The position numbers were made by a program, and so were the translations under genes. Below the pieces are notes generated by a model that saw nothing but the letters and a program-made list of their open reading frames with translations, searched no databases and was not told where the DNA came from. DNA of 64,000 bases from Diplonema japonicum. Lineage: Eukaryota > Protista > Euglenozoa: Diplonemea. Each line of letters starts with the position of its first letter. The stretch's first letter is position 1. Shown piece after piece: positions 11,841 to 25,100 of this stretch. The DNA is taken from contig OZ025762.1 in the NCBI GenBank assembly GCA_964019335.1, positions 1 through 64,000 of the forward strand, in the 5' to 3' direction.

Positions 11841-13952
11841 ATGAAATCGATGTTTGCACATGTAGTGCTGCCGATGGACGACCCGCTAACAGTGTTCGGC
11901 AAGAAGGTAATACTAGTCATGTCAGGGGTGTGTACTGTGTTTTATGGTCTCTCGTTGCTGTTCCCACGTGACGGTGCATCAAATCTCCGGAAGAGTACTA
12001 GTGTGGCAGCGTCTCTGGTGACGTTCTTGCAGCTGATGTTCGAGAAGAAGTTGCGACACTCTGTCATAGTAGCGTGGATGGCCGTTATGGCCGCTGGGCT
12101 TTTGCTGGCAGACCTACTTCATGTGGCGGCGAATAAAGGCAACAGGACATGGGCATACTACATCATTATCATCGACATCTGTCTTGTCTGTCGGTTGCAT
12201 AGCCGTGTTGCCACCAGCTTTGTTGTCAGCTTACTTGTCTGGCTAGTGCTACAGTTCTTTGAGTCCATTTATCGCTTCGGCTTGTATGACCTGTGGTTCC
12301 TTGCCTCTCAAGAGGACCGCCATGCTACTGTTGACTGCTTGCAGCTTCCATGCCCCGTGAAGTTCACCACCGCCTTGCAGGGCTACTTGGCTCAAGCGCT
12401 CGTCTTCTTTCTCGACTACTACTTCACCCGTGGCTTTGCTAACGACCTCCAGGAACAGCATCAGAAGATGAACGAAGTGATCGTGGCTGCAGAAAAGATT
12501 GCAACATCGCTTGCTCACTTCGACCTTTCCTCTGCTGAGACCGTTATAGAGTCAGCATCTCTCCCCCCACCACTCTATGGCGCGTTCAGCAACATTCTTT
12601 CCAATCTAAAAGACTACCGCCCTTTCCTGCCCAACTCCCTTTTCCACGAAGTGCCTGAAGAGGATTCAGCCGATGGACGAAACGTCCCTGTCCCCGGCCT
12701 GCAGTCAAAACAGGCTACTCTTGTATTCACAGACATCCAAGGATCCACAGCAACATGGGAAGAATGCCCTGATGGGATGAAAGAAGGGCTGCAAGTCCAT
12801 AACAAGGCAATCCGCGACTGTATTGCGGAGCACGGTGGGTATGAAGTGAAGACCATTGGGGACGCATTCATGGTGGCTTTCGAGAGCGCCTCTGATGCAG
12901 TGTGGTTTGGCCTGTCTGTGCATGAGAAACTCTTGTTAAGCACGTGGCCTGAGGAACTGCTAGCACTGGAGCACTGTGCCCAAGATGCTGAGAACCTCTG
13001 GTGTGGCTTACGTGTGCGTGTTGGCATGCACTATGGTGAAGTTGATGTGCAGCTGAACACACTTACAGGGCGGTACGACTACTTTGGGAGTACCGTAAAT
13101 AAAGCATCGCGCATGGAGGGTGTGTGTGTGGGCGGTGCTGTCGCTGCAACACCTGAGGTGATGGAAGCAGCAGGCCCCATCGACACCATCACCATTCCCA
13201 TAGGGGAGACTATGCTGAGAGGTGTCAGTGGCACAACCTATCCACACCTTCTCATCTCACGCAACTTGCTTAGGCGAAGGCCGTTCATCGAGCAGCAGCT
13301 GTCGCTGAAGCGAGAAGACAGGAAGCTCACCGCCCGCCAGAAACGCAGACACATGGACTGCAGTGTCGCAACGACCTTCGCTGTGGAGTCTGTGTGGAGC
13401 GACGACGCCAACGAGGCTATCCTCCAGCATTGCACTTCAGCTACTGTTGGGAAGGTGGAGGTAGTAGTGAGCACCTATGAGACTGGCGCTGAGGGCATCA
13501 TCACAAGTGAGATGAACAGTGGGCTTGCGAAACTGGTGACGTGCACCGAGAGAACACACGGTGTCGTGGTATCGCTGCAGGGGAACAGGGTGGCTGTGTG
13601 CTGGAACGGTTTGAAGCCATGTGCGACACACATTGAGAACTCGTTGGCGTTTGTGAAGATACTTGGTTTCGGTGTCACCTCAGGCTTCCATGTTGGGGTC
13701 TCGACCAGCAGCGTGGTGCATGGCACAGTGGGCGACCGCAAGCAGAAGTTTGTAACTGTGCTTGGCACCAGCGTGATCATGAGCAGTGCGTTGTGCAGTG
13801 GTGCCGTAACCAGTGGCGTGCTGTGCTACTATTCTTCTCCATCCCCGCTGCCTGAAATGGAAGGGCTCATAATCACGGACGAAGGTTCTCATGTTGGGGC
13901 CGATGGAGCTTCATTGCACCTGAAACGCGTAGACTTGGAGATGGAAGGGTAA
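11841..13952 (+). CDS. Membrane-bound class III adenylate cyclase with a degenerate second cyclase domain
   Basis: About 6 hydrophobic helices, then LVFTDIQGST, GYEVKTIGDAFMVAF, LRVRVGMHYG, DYFGSTVNKASR (Lys/Asp adenine-specifying residues). The C-terminal cyclase-like region lacks the catalytic Asps. Confidence 0.9.
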   Translation: MKSMFAHVVLPMDDPLTVFGKKVILVMSGVCTVFYGLSLLFPRDGASNLRKSTSVAASLVTFLQLMFEKKLRHSVIVAWMAVMAAGLLLADLLHVAANKGNRTWAYYIIIIDICLVCRLHSRVATSFVVSLLVWLVLQFFESIYRFGLYDLWFLASQEDRHATVDCLQLPCPVKFTTALQGYLAQALVFFLDYYFTRGFANDLQEQHQKMNEVIVAAEKIATSLAHFDLSSAETVIESASLPPPLYGAFSNILSNLKDYRPFLPNSLFHEVPEEDSADGRNVPVPGLQSKQATLVFTDIQGSTATWEECPDGMKEGLQVHNKAIRDCIAEHGGYEVKTIGDAFMVAFESASDAVWFGLSVHEKLLLSTWPEELLALEHCAQDAENLWCGLRVRVGMHYGEVDVQLNTLTGRYDYFGSTVNKASRMEGVCVGGAVAATPEVMEAAGPIDTITIPIGETMLRGVSGTTYPHLLISRNLLRRRPFIEQQLSLKREDRKLTARQKRRHMDCSVATTFAVESVWSDDANEAILQHCTSATVGKVEVVVSTYETGAEGIITSEMNSGLAKLVTCTERTHGVVVSLQGNRVAVCWNGLKPCATHIENSLAFVKILGFGVTSGFHVGVSTSSVVHGTVGDRKQKFVTVLGTSVIMSSALCSGAVTSGVLCYYSSPSPLPEMEGLIITDEGSHVGADGASLHLKRVDLEMEG

Positions 13953-14429
13953 CGATTCAAGTTGAGGATGATATTTTGTCTGTTGTGGTCATTGCTAGGA
14001 CCCGTTTCTATGATTTTTTCTTGTTTCGTCCCCCCCCCCTTTTTTTCTTTTTTTTCTTTATTCATGTAAAGTGATTTAAAAGAATCATTTCTTTTCTTCG
14101 CCCTGAGAGCCAAGCTTACTCTCCTTTCGTCTTTCGTTGGGAAAAAAAAAAAAAAAAAAAAAAAAAAATAGCAGCTGCTTTTTTCACAACGAATGATTCA
14201 TTATGCGTGAATAAGGTGGTGTTTTATTTTTACGCCTCAATTTTACTTCATTCAGTATGAAAATACCCAAAGAGAAAAAAAAAAATTCTTTATGACTATA
14301 TGTCTTTGTTGTTTTTTTTTGATGTTCGCATGAGCAAAAAAAGTTTTTAAAAAGCTGCGAAAGTTTTTTTACTCGGCACAAGTTGCATATAGTTATAAAA
14401 TCATTTTTTGAAAGATAAATATTTGTAAC

Positions 14430-14462
<33 letters not shown>

Positions 14463-15021
14463 GGAAGTGAACACACTCTCACCAAATTTGCAAAAAAGGT
14501 CGCCACCCCACTTCGAACCGAGCTGAAAATCTAAAAAAAAAAAAAAAAATTCAGGTCACAGTTAAAGTGAAGAGTACCACTGGATGAACCCACCACGGTT
14601 TTATTGGGCCGGTATGCCAATTTCTTCGAATAAAATTGGGGGCGCAGTGAATGAAGTAAATTGAGAGTAAAAGAAAAAAAATAAGAAAATAAAATAAAGG
14701 GGAGTTACTTTTATCCAGTCTCGTCTTTCACCAAAGGATCTGGAATAAAACTTACTTTTCTGCCACTGAGCCGTGAAAAATCTCTTCTGTTTACCCTCTT
14801 CTTCTTTTTTCTACCCAACTGAAAAAAGCTATGCTAGGCGATACCCAGGCTTTTTTTTTTTTTTTTTAATCATACAATATTCTATTCTTTCCCTCAAAAG
14901 CTGGAGTTGGACCTTATGAGAAACAGTTTCTTTTGTTATGTAGTCAGCCAGCCCGGTTGTCACAACACAGAGAAGACGGTCCAGCCCAGGTGTGGTGGCC
15001 CTCACAGTTTTTTTTATTTAA

Positions 15022-16829
15022 CCATTAAACCCACATGTCATATATATATGACATAAAAAAAAAAGAAAAAAAAAAAAAAAAAAAAATCTATAGGCCTTTT
15101 GGTCAAATTATGACCTTTCTTTCACTTTTCACGCCATTGTGCGATTTTTTCCACTTTGTTTGGCTAAATGCTGCCCTTTTTCAGCATTATTTTAAGAATT
15201 TGAGAGGTCGAAAATCCGGGGAAAAATGATTTGAGAATGAAGAATACTCGAGTGGAGCAGAGGGCTGGTCGTGAGTGATGAAGAATGCTAAGAAATGTCA
15301 GAAAATGGTAGTTCTGAGTCTAGTAGTACTTGGGGGGAGGAAAGTGGGGAAGAATTGGAGGAAATGGGGTGGAAAGAGGCAGTGTAATTGAACCAGCAGA
15401 CGACCCAACAGGGAAGAGCCCTCTCCAGCTTTTTTATTCGTTTTTTACACCATACACCCTCCGATGCCTGACAGCATTCGCAAACAACCACCTGGAGCGC
15501 CGCAAAATCGACAAAAGAGTCACGGAAGCCGAAATCCGAGCGTTTCTGGGCCTATGGGTGTTAATGGACCTCACCATCTGTCCCAACTCCCGTGACTACT
15601 GGAAAACCGATCCTGACTCCATTATGCATACTCAGGGGTTTGCACACGTCATGTCTGGAAACCGGTTTGAGCTGTTCTTTGGAAACATATATCTGTGCAA
15701 GGACCCATCCCGGGACCCTGATCGAGATGAGATCAGCCCGGCATGACAAACTCTACAAGGCCTGCTGGCTGGCTGCAGCTGCGATGCAGCGTTGGGGAAA
15801 GGCCTCCCGGACTATCAAGGAACGGGGGTAGGTGATGAAAAGGGGAGAGTTCGTGTGTTCCAACGGGCCCGGCATGCACTTCTTTTTTGTGGTGGGGCGG
15901 AAAGCTTGTGCTTCTCCTGAGCGTACCCCCTTTCAAGCCAAAGATGACCGCCACTCGTCAAAGATGGGTCGGCAAGGCAAAGAAAAAGTCCAGGGTCGCC
16001 TTTCCCATTCCAAAGGTCGTTGAAACCTACACCTCCCTTATGGGGGGTGTAGATGGGAACGATGCTGCCACCCAACGCAACACAAAGTAGTCCAAAGCCG
16101 CCGGTGGCAGATGAAAATATTAAGGTTCCTGCTTGACAAAAGCCTCTTCAACTGCTGGGTGCTTGCGAAGAGCATCAATTCCCCCATCAATTTCAATGAA
16201 CTGGAAGAATGCATTGCACACGGCCTCTGTAAATGCATGGGCAGAACCTGCACCATCGAGACCACAAGACTCGAAGGATGTAAGGTCTGACCACATAGAG
16301 AGCATTTTCCTGCAAAAATTAGTATAATAGGTGCATAGTCCATCATTGCATGGGTCCCAGAAGGTCCTCTGGCTATGAATGTTCCACCTGTGGCAAGTGC
16401 CTCTATTCCACACCTTGCTTTTGGCTTTACCACCTGAACGGAGACATCACCGAGGATGATCTTCAGGAGCCCGAAACACCGACAAGTACCGGAAACTCAC
16501 TGATGGACCCCCTCCACTGGCCAGAGAGGCGTGAAACGCAAGCTAAATCTGGGCTAGAATAGTGTCACAAGGGGTTTTTAGTGCATTTTATTATTATTTA
16601 TTTTGCACTTTTTTCTACTCCTCTTCCCCCCCTTACCAAAAAGGGTGTTGGGTCAAAAATCATAAGTTCAAAAGCGAGTTCAGGGGAACCCTGATACCTC
16701 AATGTCTCCAGAAGTCGTTTCTCCATAAAAAGAACACTTTGTATGGTTAAATGCTGCCATTTTTTTGAATTTTTTGGAATCGCCTCAAAAATGGGCTTTT
16801 TTCGGTTTTTTTGCCTGTGGGCTTAATGG
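15022..16829 (+). mobile_element. Degenerate piggyBac-like DNA transposon
   Basis: TIRs CCATTAAACCCACA (15022-15035) and TGTGGGCTTAATGG (16816-16829) match 13/14, each flanked by TTAA. Broken transposase fragments: EIRAFLGLWVLM, RDYWKTD, MSGNRFE, PKVVETYTSLMGGVDGND, and Cys-rich CSTCGKCL..PCFWLYH. Confidence 0.9.
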
Positions 16830-17077
16830 TTAAACAAAAAAACTGGAGCCTTTTTTCACACCACTCTCTCCCACATCCAGTCTTTTTCATGCAAAAATCC
16901 AAACAAAAATATTTATAATCTTCGGGGAGGGGGGGAAGAAAAAGAAAAAGAGTCGATTGATCGTTGTTTGCACCGGGCTTAACCTGAAAAAGAAAAGGGG
17001 TAAACCCAACAATGCCACTGCTACTCTAATTAGCAAAATACTAATTCGTTATCAGTATTATATTGTTTTCTTATTCA

Positions 17078-17119
<42 letters not shown>

Positions 17120-17514
17120 GAAAAAAAAAATGAAACTTCTACATGAGTTTTATCATAGAACCACACTGTTCGAAGCACATCTCTAAATCCCTACTAGGTG
17201 CAGTTAGGCACAACCCAACCTACTTGGACGCGAGTAGGCCCTTGAAAGTGCCTCTTGCCTGATGAGGACAGCACCTGGAGGGGTTGCAAGATGAGTACTG
17301 CTAGAACTACCACGGACTCCTGTCCGAGAGGGTTTAGTTCCTGTGCAGCTCTTACGCAGAGCCAAGACAAGTTTAGAGATATGCAGCATGAACTATTTTC
17401 CACACACACACACCCACACGGGATTTACTGCACCTTTCACACACTCTCTCTCTTTTTCTTTTTTATGTTTTAAAAAAGATTTTTGAAACCTCTGTCTGCG
17501 TTTTTTTTTTTTTT

Positions 17515-17545
<31 letters not shown>

Positions 17546-18388
17546 AAACCTTTCAAGAGTGGCTCTGACAGGTAGGACTTAAGAACACCACACGTGTTAG
17601 GAAGACAGCACTACACTACACGCAGTGTTGGGACCAGTCGCTATCACGGCAGGTGGAATGCACACGCCAAACATTTTATACTTAAATTTAAATTCTTCTT
17701 ACTTTTGCCTCACTTTACTTTTTTGGGGTTTTTGGGTGTGGGTGTCTCCTCCCGGTGCTCGGATGAACAGGGCTAAGGTGGATTATGTACACCCCCCTTT
17801 TCTTTTCTGCCCGTTTCGCTCAGTGTTCCCTACCCCTCTCCTTAGTAACAAGAAAAAAGCTACCACATAGGATAGAAAAAGAAAGGAAGAAATAAAAATC
17901 CATGTTTCATTTCGTTGTAAGTGCGGTAGCGGTATCAATATTAAGTAGCGGCGGCGGGCTTATAACACTGCTAGTGACATTAAGTACCCCCCATTCTCTC
18001 ACTCTCCCCCCTTTTTTTTTAAATAAACTCCTTTTTTTTTGGTTGGCCAGGCGGGTGAAAGAGAAGGAGTGAAAAAAAAAAGGGCACGGTCTAACTTGTC
18101 AACGGACGCTTTGCCCCTCCCCCTCCCCCCTTTTTTTAAAGTGAACTGTTTATTTAGAATGCCAGAAAAAAAAGAGAAAAAAAAGAAGAAAAAAGCTTAA
18201 CTGGAAAACCATCGACTTCACGCTTGTCAATGTTTCTTCCGTTGGTTCTTATTTCTTGTCAAACTAGAAACTTTCGACTTGAGTTCGATGACAAAATGGT
18301 TTTGTTCCTTCAATTTCTTTCTGTACCTAAGCAGTTCAAACATCCACACACAAAAAAAAGGAGGAGCGGGGAGGGGGCCAAAGGGTAT

Positions 18389-18871
18389 ATGAACACTCAC
18401 ACAATCGATTTACCTGATTGTGACGGGAGGGGCTATGCCAGCAGTGGGTACGAAACTCCGGAATGTTACAGTGACACTGCTAGCGAGGGCAGCCAGCAGG
18501 GGTACGTGACTCCGAGTGACGACAATGAAAGCGACGAGGGTGTGAACAAGCTTGTGACAAGCGGAACGGAGGGGTGGATGAAGTGGTTTGTGTGGCATGC
18601 GTTCGGTCGGGTACCTGTGGTAGGCTCTGCTGTGCACTGCATTAGCAGTTTATGGCGTCAGGATCTCCCAGGCGCTGGCTTGAACCTGAGCTTTACTCTC
18701 TATGACATCTTCACATGGTCTGAGCTACAGAAACAACCCACTCTAGAACACCACACCTTGGTTCCCATCTTGAAGCGCCACGTTTCGGGCCACCTTCTTT
18801 TCCTCCACCTCAGTGCGTGGTATAACCAATTCATCTCACGAGCCACAGGGCACATAAAGGAATACCCCTAA
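18389..18871 (+). CDS. Hypothetical protein (~160 aa)
   Basis: GC-richer open frame between homopolymer spacers, with an acidic N-terminus. No recognisable domain. Confidence 0.55.
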   Translation: MNTHTIDLPDCDGRGYASSGYETPECYSDTASEGSQQGYVTPSDDNESDEGVNKLVTSGTEGWMKWFVWHAFGRVPVVGSAVHCISSLWRQDLPGAGLNLSFTLYDIFTWSELQKQPTLEHHTLVPILKRHVSGHLLFLHLSAWYNQFISRATGHIKEYP

Positions 18872-19161
18872 AAAATTGCTTCCATCCCCCCACCAAAAGA
18901 AAAAAGGAGAACAAGTGTACTCGAAAAAAAAAAAAAAAAAAAAAAGAAAAGAATTATAAGGAAAACAATTATATCCATTTCTTGAGCGCCTCTAAACATG
19001 GCGAGCACACCTCCCTCCCCGTGTTTCTTTTCTTTTTCTTCTCGTTCTTCTTTTCTTGTTTCCCTGCTAAATATTCGATCCTTTTTGTTTTTTCTTTTTT
19101 TGCCCCCCCCTTTTCCGGGAAAAAAAGAAAAATAGTACCATCCCAATGGAGGAGGGGGGAA

Positions 19162-22100
19162 ATGGAACTCGACCCTCTGACCAAAGCAGTGCGAGAAGAA
19201 GATATCGACAAGTTCAAAGAACTATGGGAAGAAGCGGACGGAGAGCAGGCCCTGTTGGCGGGGGTACTGATGGGCGGGAAAGTGGAGGATGCAGAAGGGT
19301 ATCAGTACATGCTACGGCGGCTGCTTGATACGGTGGACCCGAATTGGAGAAGCTCGCGCGATGACGGCCTCCTCAGCCTGGGGATCCGATCGGCCGTGCC
19401 TGGAATAGGAGACGGCAGCACACAACAAGCAACCCTTCAAACAGGCGACAACGTCATCACACGATTACCCGACTGCACCTTAGGATCTTTTGGTGACATC
19501 TGGATGCCTGGTGTTATCGTGGATTCTCGCGAGGACACCCTTCGCGTTCACATCCCGTACTCAGGCACGACAAACCAAATCCCTCCAGGCTTCACAAGCG
19601 CTGTTTATGATAGGATCTCGGACATGCAGGAGCTGACCCCTGGGCTGTCGGTTCTTATCCGTGTTCCTGACCTTTCTAGCGCTGCAGAGATCGCATTGTC
19701 CTCGTCAGGCCAACACGGACCTGAAGCACGCTCACACGGGACTTCTTTCACAAAACACCGTCTGCCCTCTTCCCTAGTCGACGTTTGGGTCGAAGCGACG
19801 CTCAGCGCGTACAACAACAGAGGCGGGTACGACGTCATGCTGAAGGATGCCACGGTGCAGCTGAACCGCAGCGCAGAGGACATCCGCGCCCTTGGTAAAG
19901 TAAACACACTGGGGTACGAACCTATTGCAGACTCGTTGATCGCGATTGGCCAGCACGTCCGCGTCATTGAAAAAGGTACCGGTGGATCATGGAAGGGAGT
20001 CATCAAGGGACGGAACGCATCAGGCGGCTACGAGGTTCTCTACCCTGCAGACGGCGACTTTGAGACCGATGTACCTTTATCGGAGCTGTTCGTTCCTATT
20101 GACGAGCCGCACGGTGACGGGGGTGGGAGGGTTGTTGTCACAGAGCTTCTCAAAAGAGACTGTCTTGTGTCGGGTTCGCAAGGGTTGCAGGTTGCGTGCA
20201 AGCGAAACAATCTGCAAGCCGTCACCGCCATCGTTGAGAACACAGCAAATCCGTACCTCGGGGTGTCCTTGAAAATCGTTGAGACGGGCCTTTCAGTTCA
20301 ATTTGTAGACCCATCAGGACCCTCCTCCGGCATACTGAGACAAGGCGACATCGTGACAAAAATCGGTTCTGTTAGAACCGTTGACTTCAGCGAACCATTC
20401 TACCAACCTTACGTGAGGCCGCACGAGGTAGCGACGTTATCGGTTCTTCGAACGACAGGCATCTATGAAGAAGCACAGGTCACGCCAAGGACGAACGATG
20501 TCGATCACAACGAGACGTATTTACGGCAAACCGCAATGGAGCTGACAAGGAGTGAAGATATCGCGAAGCTGCTGATCTCCATCGGGGGGTGGATGGGCGC
20601 ATGCCGGGCCGTGTCAAGAGGGTGGTACGACGCGGGTGTCATGCTGCTGAACGAGACCGAGCAAAACGTCAACGAAATCTACAAGGGAAGCCACGCATTG
20701 GAGATCGCATGCTACGACGGACACATCCCGATGGCGACGCAACTGCTGGAGAAAGGAGCGGACCCGAACTCGTCGTCGTCCCTCGGACACACACCGTTGT
20801 ACAACGCTTGTTGTTGTTCTACATATTCTGCAAGGCTTCGATTAGTTACCATCCTCCTCCACCACGGAGCAGCTCCGCACGGAACGCGTTCAATGGCAGC
20901 TCTGCTTGCGATGCCTGTGGCCGTCTGGAGGTACCCACAACACGTGTTGCAAAACACACCAACAGGGTGGACTGTCTCCAAAGTCATTCAAGCGTCAAAG
21001 ACCACGTACACCCTGCTGGCCGACAACGAGATCACCGAAACCGCGGACCCCGTCACGCTAGCTTCATGGCACCCGACGTGCTCTGTGTTGTACAAAGACA
21101 AGCCGGCTGTTGTGCAACTGTCGTCGATACCCAACTTAACGATCGCTTTGAAAACGGCGAATAGCATCATCGAGTCCCCGTTGTGGGAGGTCACCGACCT
21201 GCGGAAGGACAGTGTTTTGCTGGAAATCTGTAAGATGCTGTGCGGAGATTCCACCGCAACGGACACCGTGACACCGAGGTACCGACCAGTCGATCTGACG
21301 GAACGACATAAGGGAGATTCTGTTTTCGAGCTTGTCGACAGTGAGGAGCTTGCGTTGTACTTGATGCAAACATCGATATCAAGGGGTGCGTCGGCCTCAG
21401 TGCTGTGCAGGGTACATCCTTCGTACGCTGCAGGGAAGGGTTGGCTGAAGGTGTTGGAGGAGCTTCGCAAACTGGACAACCCAAAGGTCGACTGGGACGA
21501 CGTGGACCACTTGGGCATGCCGCCCGTAGCTAATGCGATTGTCTCGTCGCGAATCGATGTTCTGCAGTTCTTATTGAACGCGGGTGCGAATGCCGACAGC
21601 GAGACGTACGATGGAAGGCATTTCACCCTCCTCGCCGTTGAGCTAGGCGACGCAGCGGTCGACTATCTGAAACTCCTGAACTCCTCCACCACACATAAAA
21701 TCCTTCGCAAGCGGGACTCGGGCGCGTTGGGCCTCGCATCAAAAATTGGTTCAGCAGAAGTCGTCAGCTTCCTCCTTGAAAACGGCGCCTCGATCAAATC
21801 CCGGTACGGCAAGCACCTTTCCTACGAGTGGGCATGCATCGAACCCTCGCTTTCTAAAGAGTCCATCTTGCTCAGGTTGATGGAGAAATCCGCGGTGCCC
21901 AACATGGCGGAGGTTGTTGCATCGGGGTACACAACAGCACTGCAATCCATGCTGGAAAAAGGCGGCTCGTCATGGGTGAACCACCGTGCGAGGAGCACTG
22001 GCAACACACCGCTGATCAACGCTTGCATAACGGGGAACATAGATGCCGTGCAGCACCTCATCGAGAAGTCAGATGTCGACGCAACGAACGACGAAGGACG

Positions 22101-25100
22101 GTGCTCTCTGTTCGCAGCATGCGGGCTCTCCGACACCGAGTTGGGAAGCGAGATTGTTGGAAAACTACTGAAAGCGGGGGCGAAAGTTGCTGCCTCTGAG
22201 GCAGTCCCGTACGCCGCATCACTACAGAACACGAAATGTCTCCAGTTGCTCTTGTCAGAAAACACATGCAACCCGAACGAGAAGTTCAATACACTCACCG
22301 CTTTGGACTATTCCATGGAACACCCTTTGACATGCTCCATTCTCGCCACCAACACCGACCTTGAAGTGACAGTTGCCGACCTCGCCTTGCTCGGTTCCGA
22401 GTTTTTCGACCCCTTGGAGGTCGCCATCGCCCACGGCGAGGGAATAGAAATCGACGATATCGATGATGATTTCGGTCGGACCGCTTTGGGGTGGGTTTGC
22501 ATGGAGCGTTGCTCAACAAATCTGATCTCCCTGCACCCCACGGAGGCTTTGTACTGTCAGTCGAATTCATGGAAACCTTGCACCGCAATTCTGCAACCGG
22601 AAGGGCACTCTTGCAGGATCGTGCTGTCGGGTTCAGACGAGAACCTACACGTTCCGATATCCCGTGTCGTCGAGCGCGATGAATACCCACACGCGTTCAA
22701 AGGCGTTTCGGTGTTGGTGTGTGTCGGGGACGAAGCTTGGCAACCGGGCCGCATTGTATCTGTTGAGGGCACCGCTGCCAGGGTTGAGGTTTTTGGGACC
22801 AGCGAGATAGTTGAGGTCGGCCTCGAACGGTTGAACAAAATCCACAACAAAACGCTTTTCGTCGCAAAGCTTCTTCACCAGCATGGTGCCGATGTCAACG
22901 CCGTGGACTCCGTAGGGAAGTCCGTCCTGCACCTGTCCGTCGAGGTGGGTGACGATGAAACCACCGCATGGATAATTGAGAACCACGGTGACGTGAGGTC
23001 GTCCGGAGCTGTCATCGCAGCCGTTCAACGGGGTTCGCGGCCTATTCTTGAGCTGCTCCTCAGCCGGGGCGGTTCACTCGCCGAGCCTTGGCACGGCAAG
23101 TACCCAGCTATGGTCGCAAGCGACCACCACATCATGCAGATGATTGTCGACACTTTGGAAGCGATCCAGTACGATGTGCCGGAGGAAGCGGTCCCATTGG
23201 TAGCAGACTGCACTCGTCAGGGATGGGGGGACATTGTGAAGCAAATCGTTCAAAGCCAACCGGAACTGGCTAGGAAGCCGGGGTCTGGCGGTGTCACGGC
23301 CATAGAGGCCACTTGCAAACGAGGCGACGCAGACATCCTGAAAACCCTGCTCGAGGCAGGGACACGTGTCGAAGAGAGCAACGCGCTGGGCGAGACACCG
23401 TTGTTCACAGCTGCAAGGGCAGGGTTCCGAGACTGCGTCGAGGTTCTGTTGGAAACCTGCCACCCGTACTCGACGAGGGCGCTGCCGGTGGCGGCCGCGT
23501 GTGGGCATTTTGAAATCGTGGAATTGCTGTTCAAGAGAATCGAAGAAGACGACACCGGCAAGAAGCGCGACGCTGCAACAGAGACCTTCAACGGACGCGA
23601 CGCGCTGATGACAGCCGCGACGCAAACCGACGCTCTTCTCCTGCTACAAATCCTACAGGGTTATGCTGATGACACTCATCTTCTCTTTTTTGCGACGTCT
23701 GGTTGGGCAGAGGCTGTCGACGCCCTGCTTTCACACGAAAACGCAATTGTAACCACGGACGGCCTGTGGCGGGTGTCCGACGCCCTCTCACGCCATCTTT
23801 CACTGTGGCCAAAACTCACTCAAGGCGTCGCCAAGAACACCCCAGAGTGTGTCGTCGTCGACCTTCAGACGCAAGAAAAATGGCACGGGACCATAATCTC
23901 ACAACGGGACCACCGCGGGGAGCACGTCTTCACAGTAGAGTACGACGACGCCACCGAAGAGGAGGTCTTCGGGTGCGAGATTTTCCACATCGACGAGCAA
24001 GACGCCGACGCAAAAGGACGCGACAGCTGGTGGGCGATCTTCCGAAAGATTCTGAAATTCTGCTCAGGGCGCAGCATCCAGTACGCCAGAATCCTCCGTA
24101 TCATGGGCACGTCAGACCCCGTCTTGAACCTGGTGCAAAGCCTCCGTGTCACGTCCCGCCATGGCCTGCGGCTCTACGTCGAAGGCGTCCGAGAAGGCTT
24201 GCCCCTCTTGTTCGACCCGTCCTTTGCATCGTTACAACAGAATCTGAAAAAACATCTTTGTGTAAACCCCACGGAACCCGACCGATTGGACCTTTTCATG
24301 ACGTTGTACCGAAAGGGCAAGGGTATTGTGGCGGAATCTGCTCTGTCGCTGGCGTGCAAGCACAGATGGGTCGAGGCTGTGTTTGAGATTCTACGTACTA
24401 ACCCAAAGGTACACTCGGAGCCGAACGCATGCCATTACGTGGTGAATCAAGCCCGAGACGCCTTCACGGCGGCCAGTGAGAGTGTTCTTGCACAACTCTC
24501 AGAGATTCTAGACGGGTTGGTTTTGGCTGGTTTCCCATTCAGAGAAACGGATTTGTTGATGATATACAAGTTGAAACTGGGCCAGCAGGCGCTGGTTGAA
24601 ATGGAACGATCCGTGTCACTACCCCCTGAGTGCCACCAGTTGAGATGGACTGTTGGTGTGCAACGAGAACACATAACCTTGACCGACAAAGGCACCGTTT
24701 TGCAGTCTCAACGAGACGCCCTCTCCTTAGGGCTGCTGCACATCGCGGCTTACCACAACAACGCAGCTTGTATTTTAAGTATTCTTGATGCGACAGGCGG
24801 GCACGGTGCCACGGAGTTTGACAACAATGCTGCGAGCTGCCTTCCTCGCGACTACACTACGTCTATGGAATGCCACGATATCTTACTGTCCGCTGAGCAG
24901 AAAACCGGTCGGATTCCGGAGATTGAAGACATCGACCTCGTGATTGGTGTTGAAATGGGAGATTATGAAATCGACCTTTCAGCCAAGTTGTCGAAGTGGA
25001 TTTCAAATTTACTCGGAGGCAAGAAGACAGCGGAAAAGAAAACCCGGCTCGGAAAAGTCCAAATAAAACGGATGATTGAGGAGCTCGGGGTCGGTGCGTT

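Noticed and set aside
18203-18292. N-terminal extension of the 18224 ORF
   Set aside because: The DNA resembles a stray fragment of the LRR gene repeats, so the CDS start was placed at 18389.
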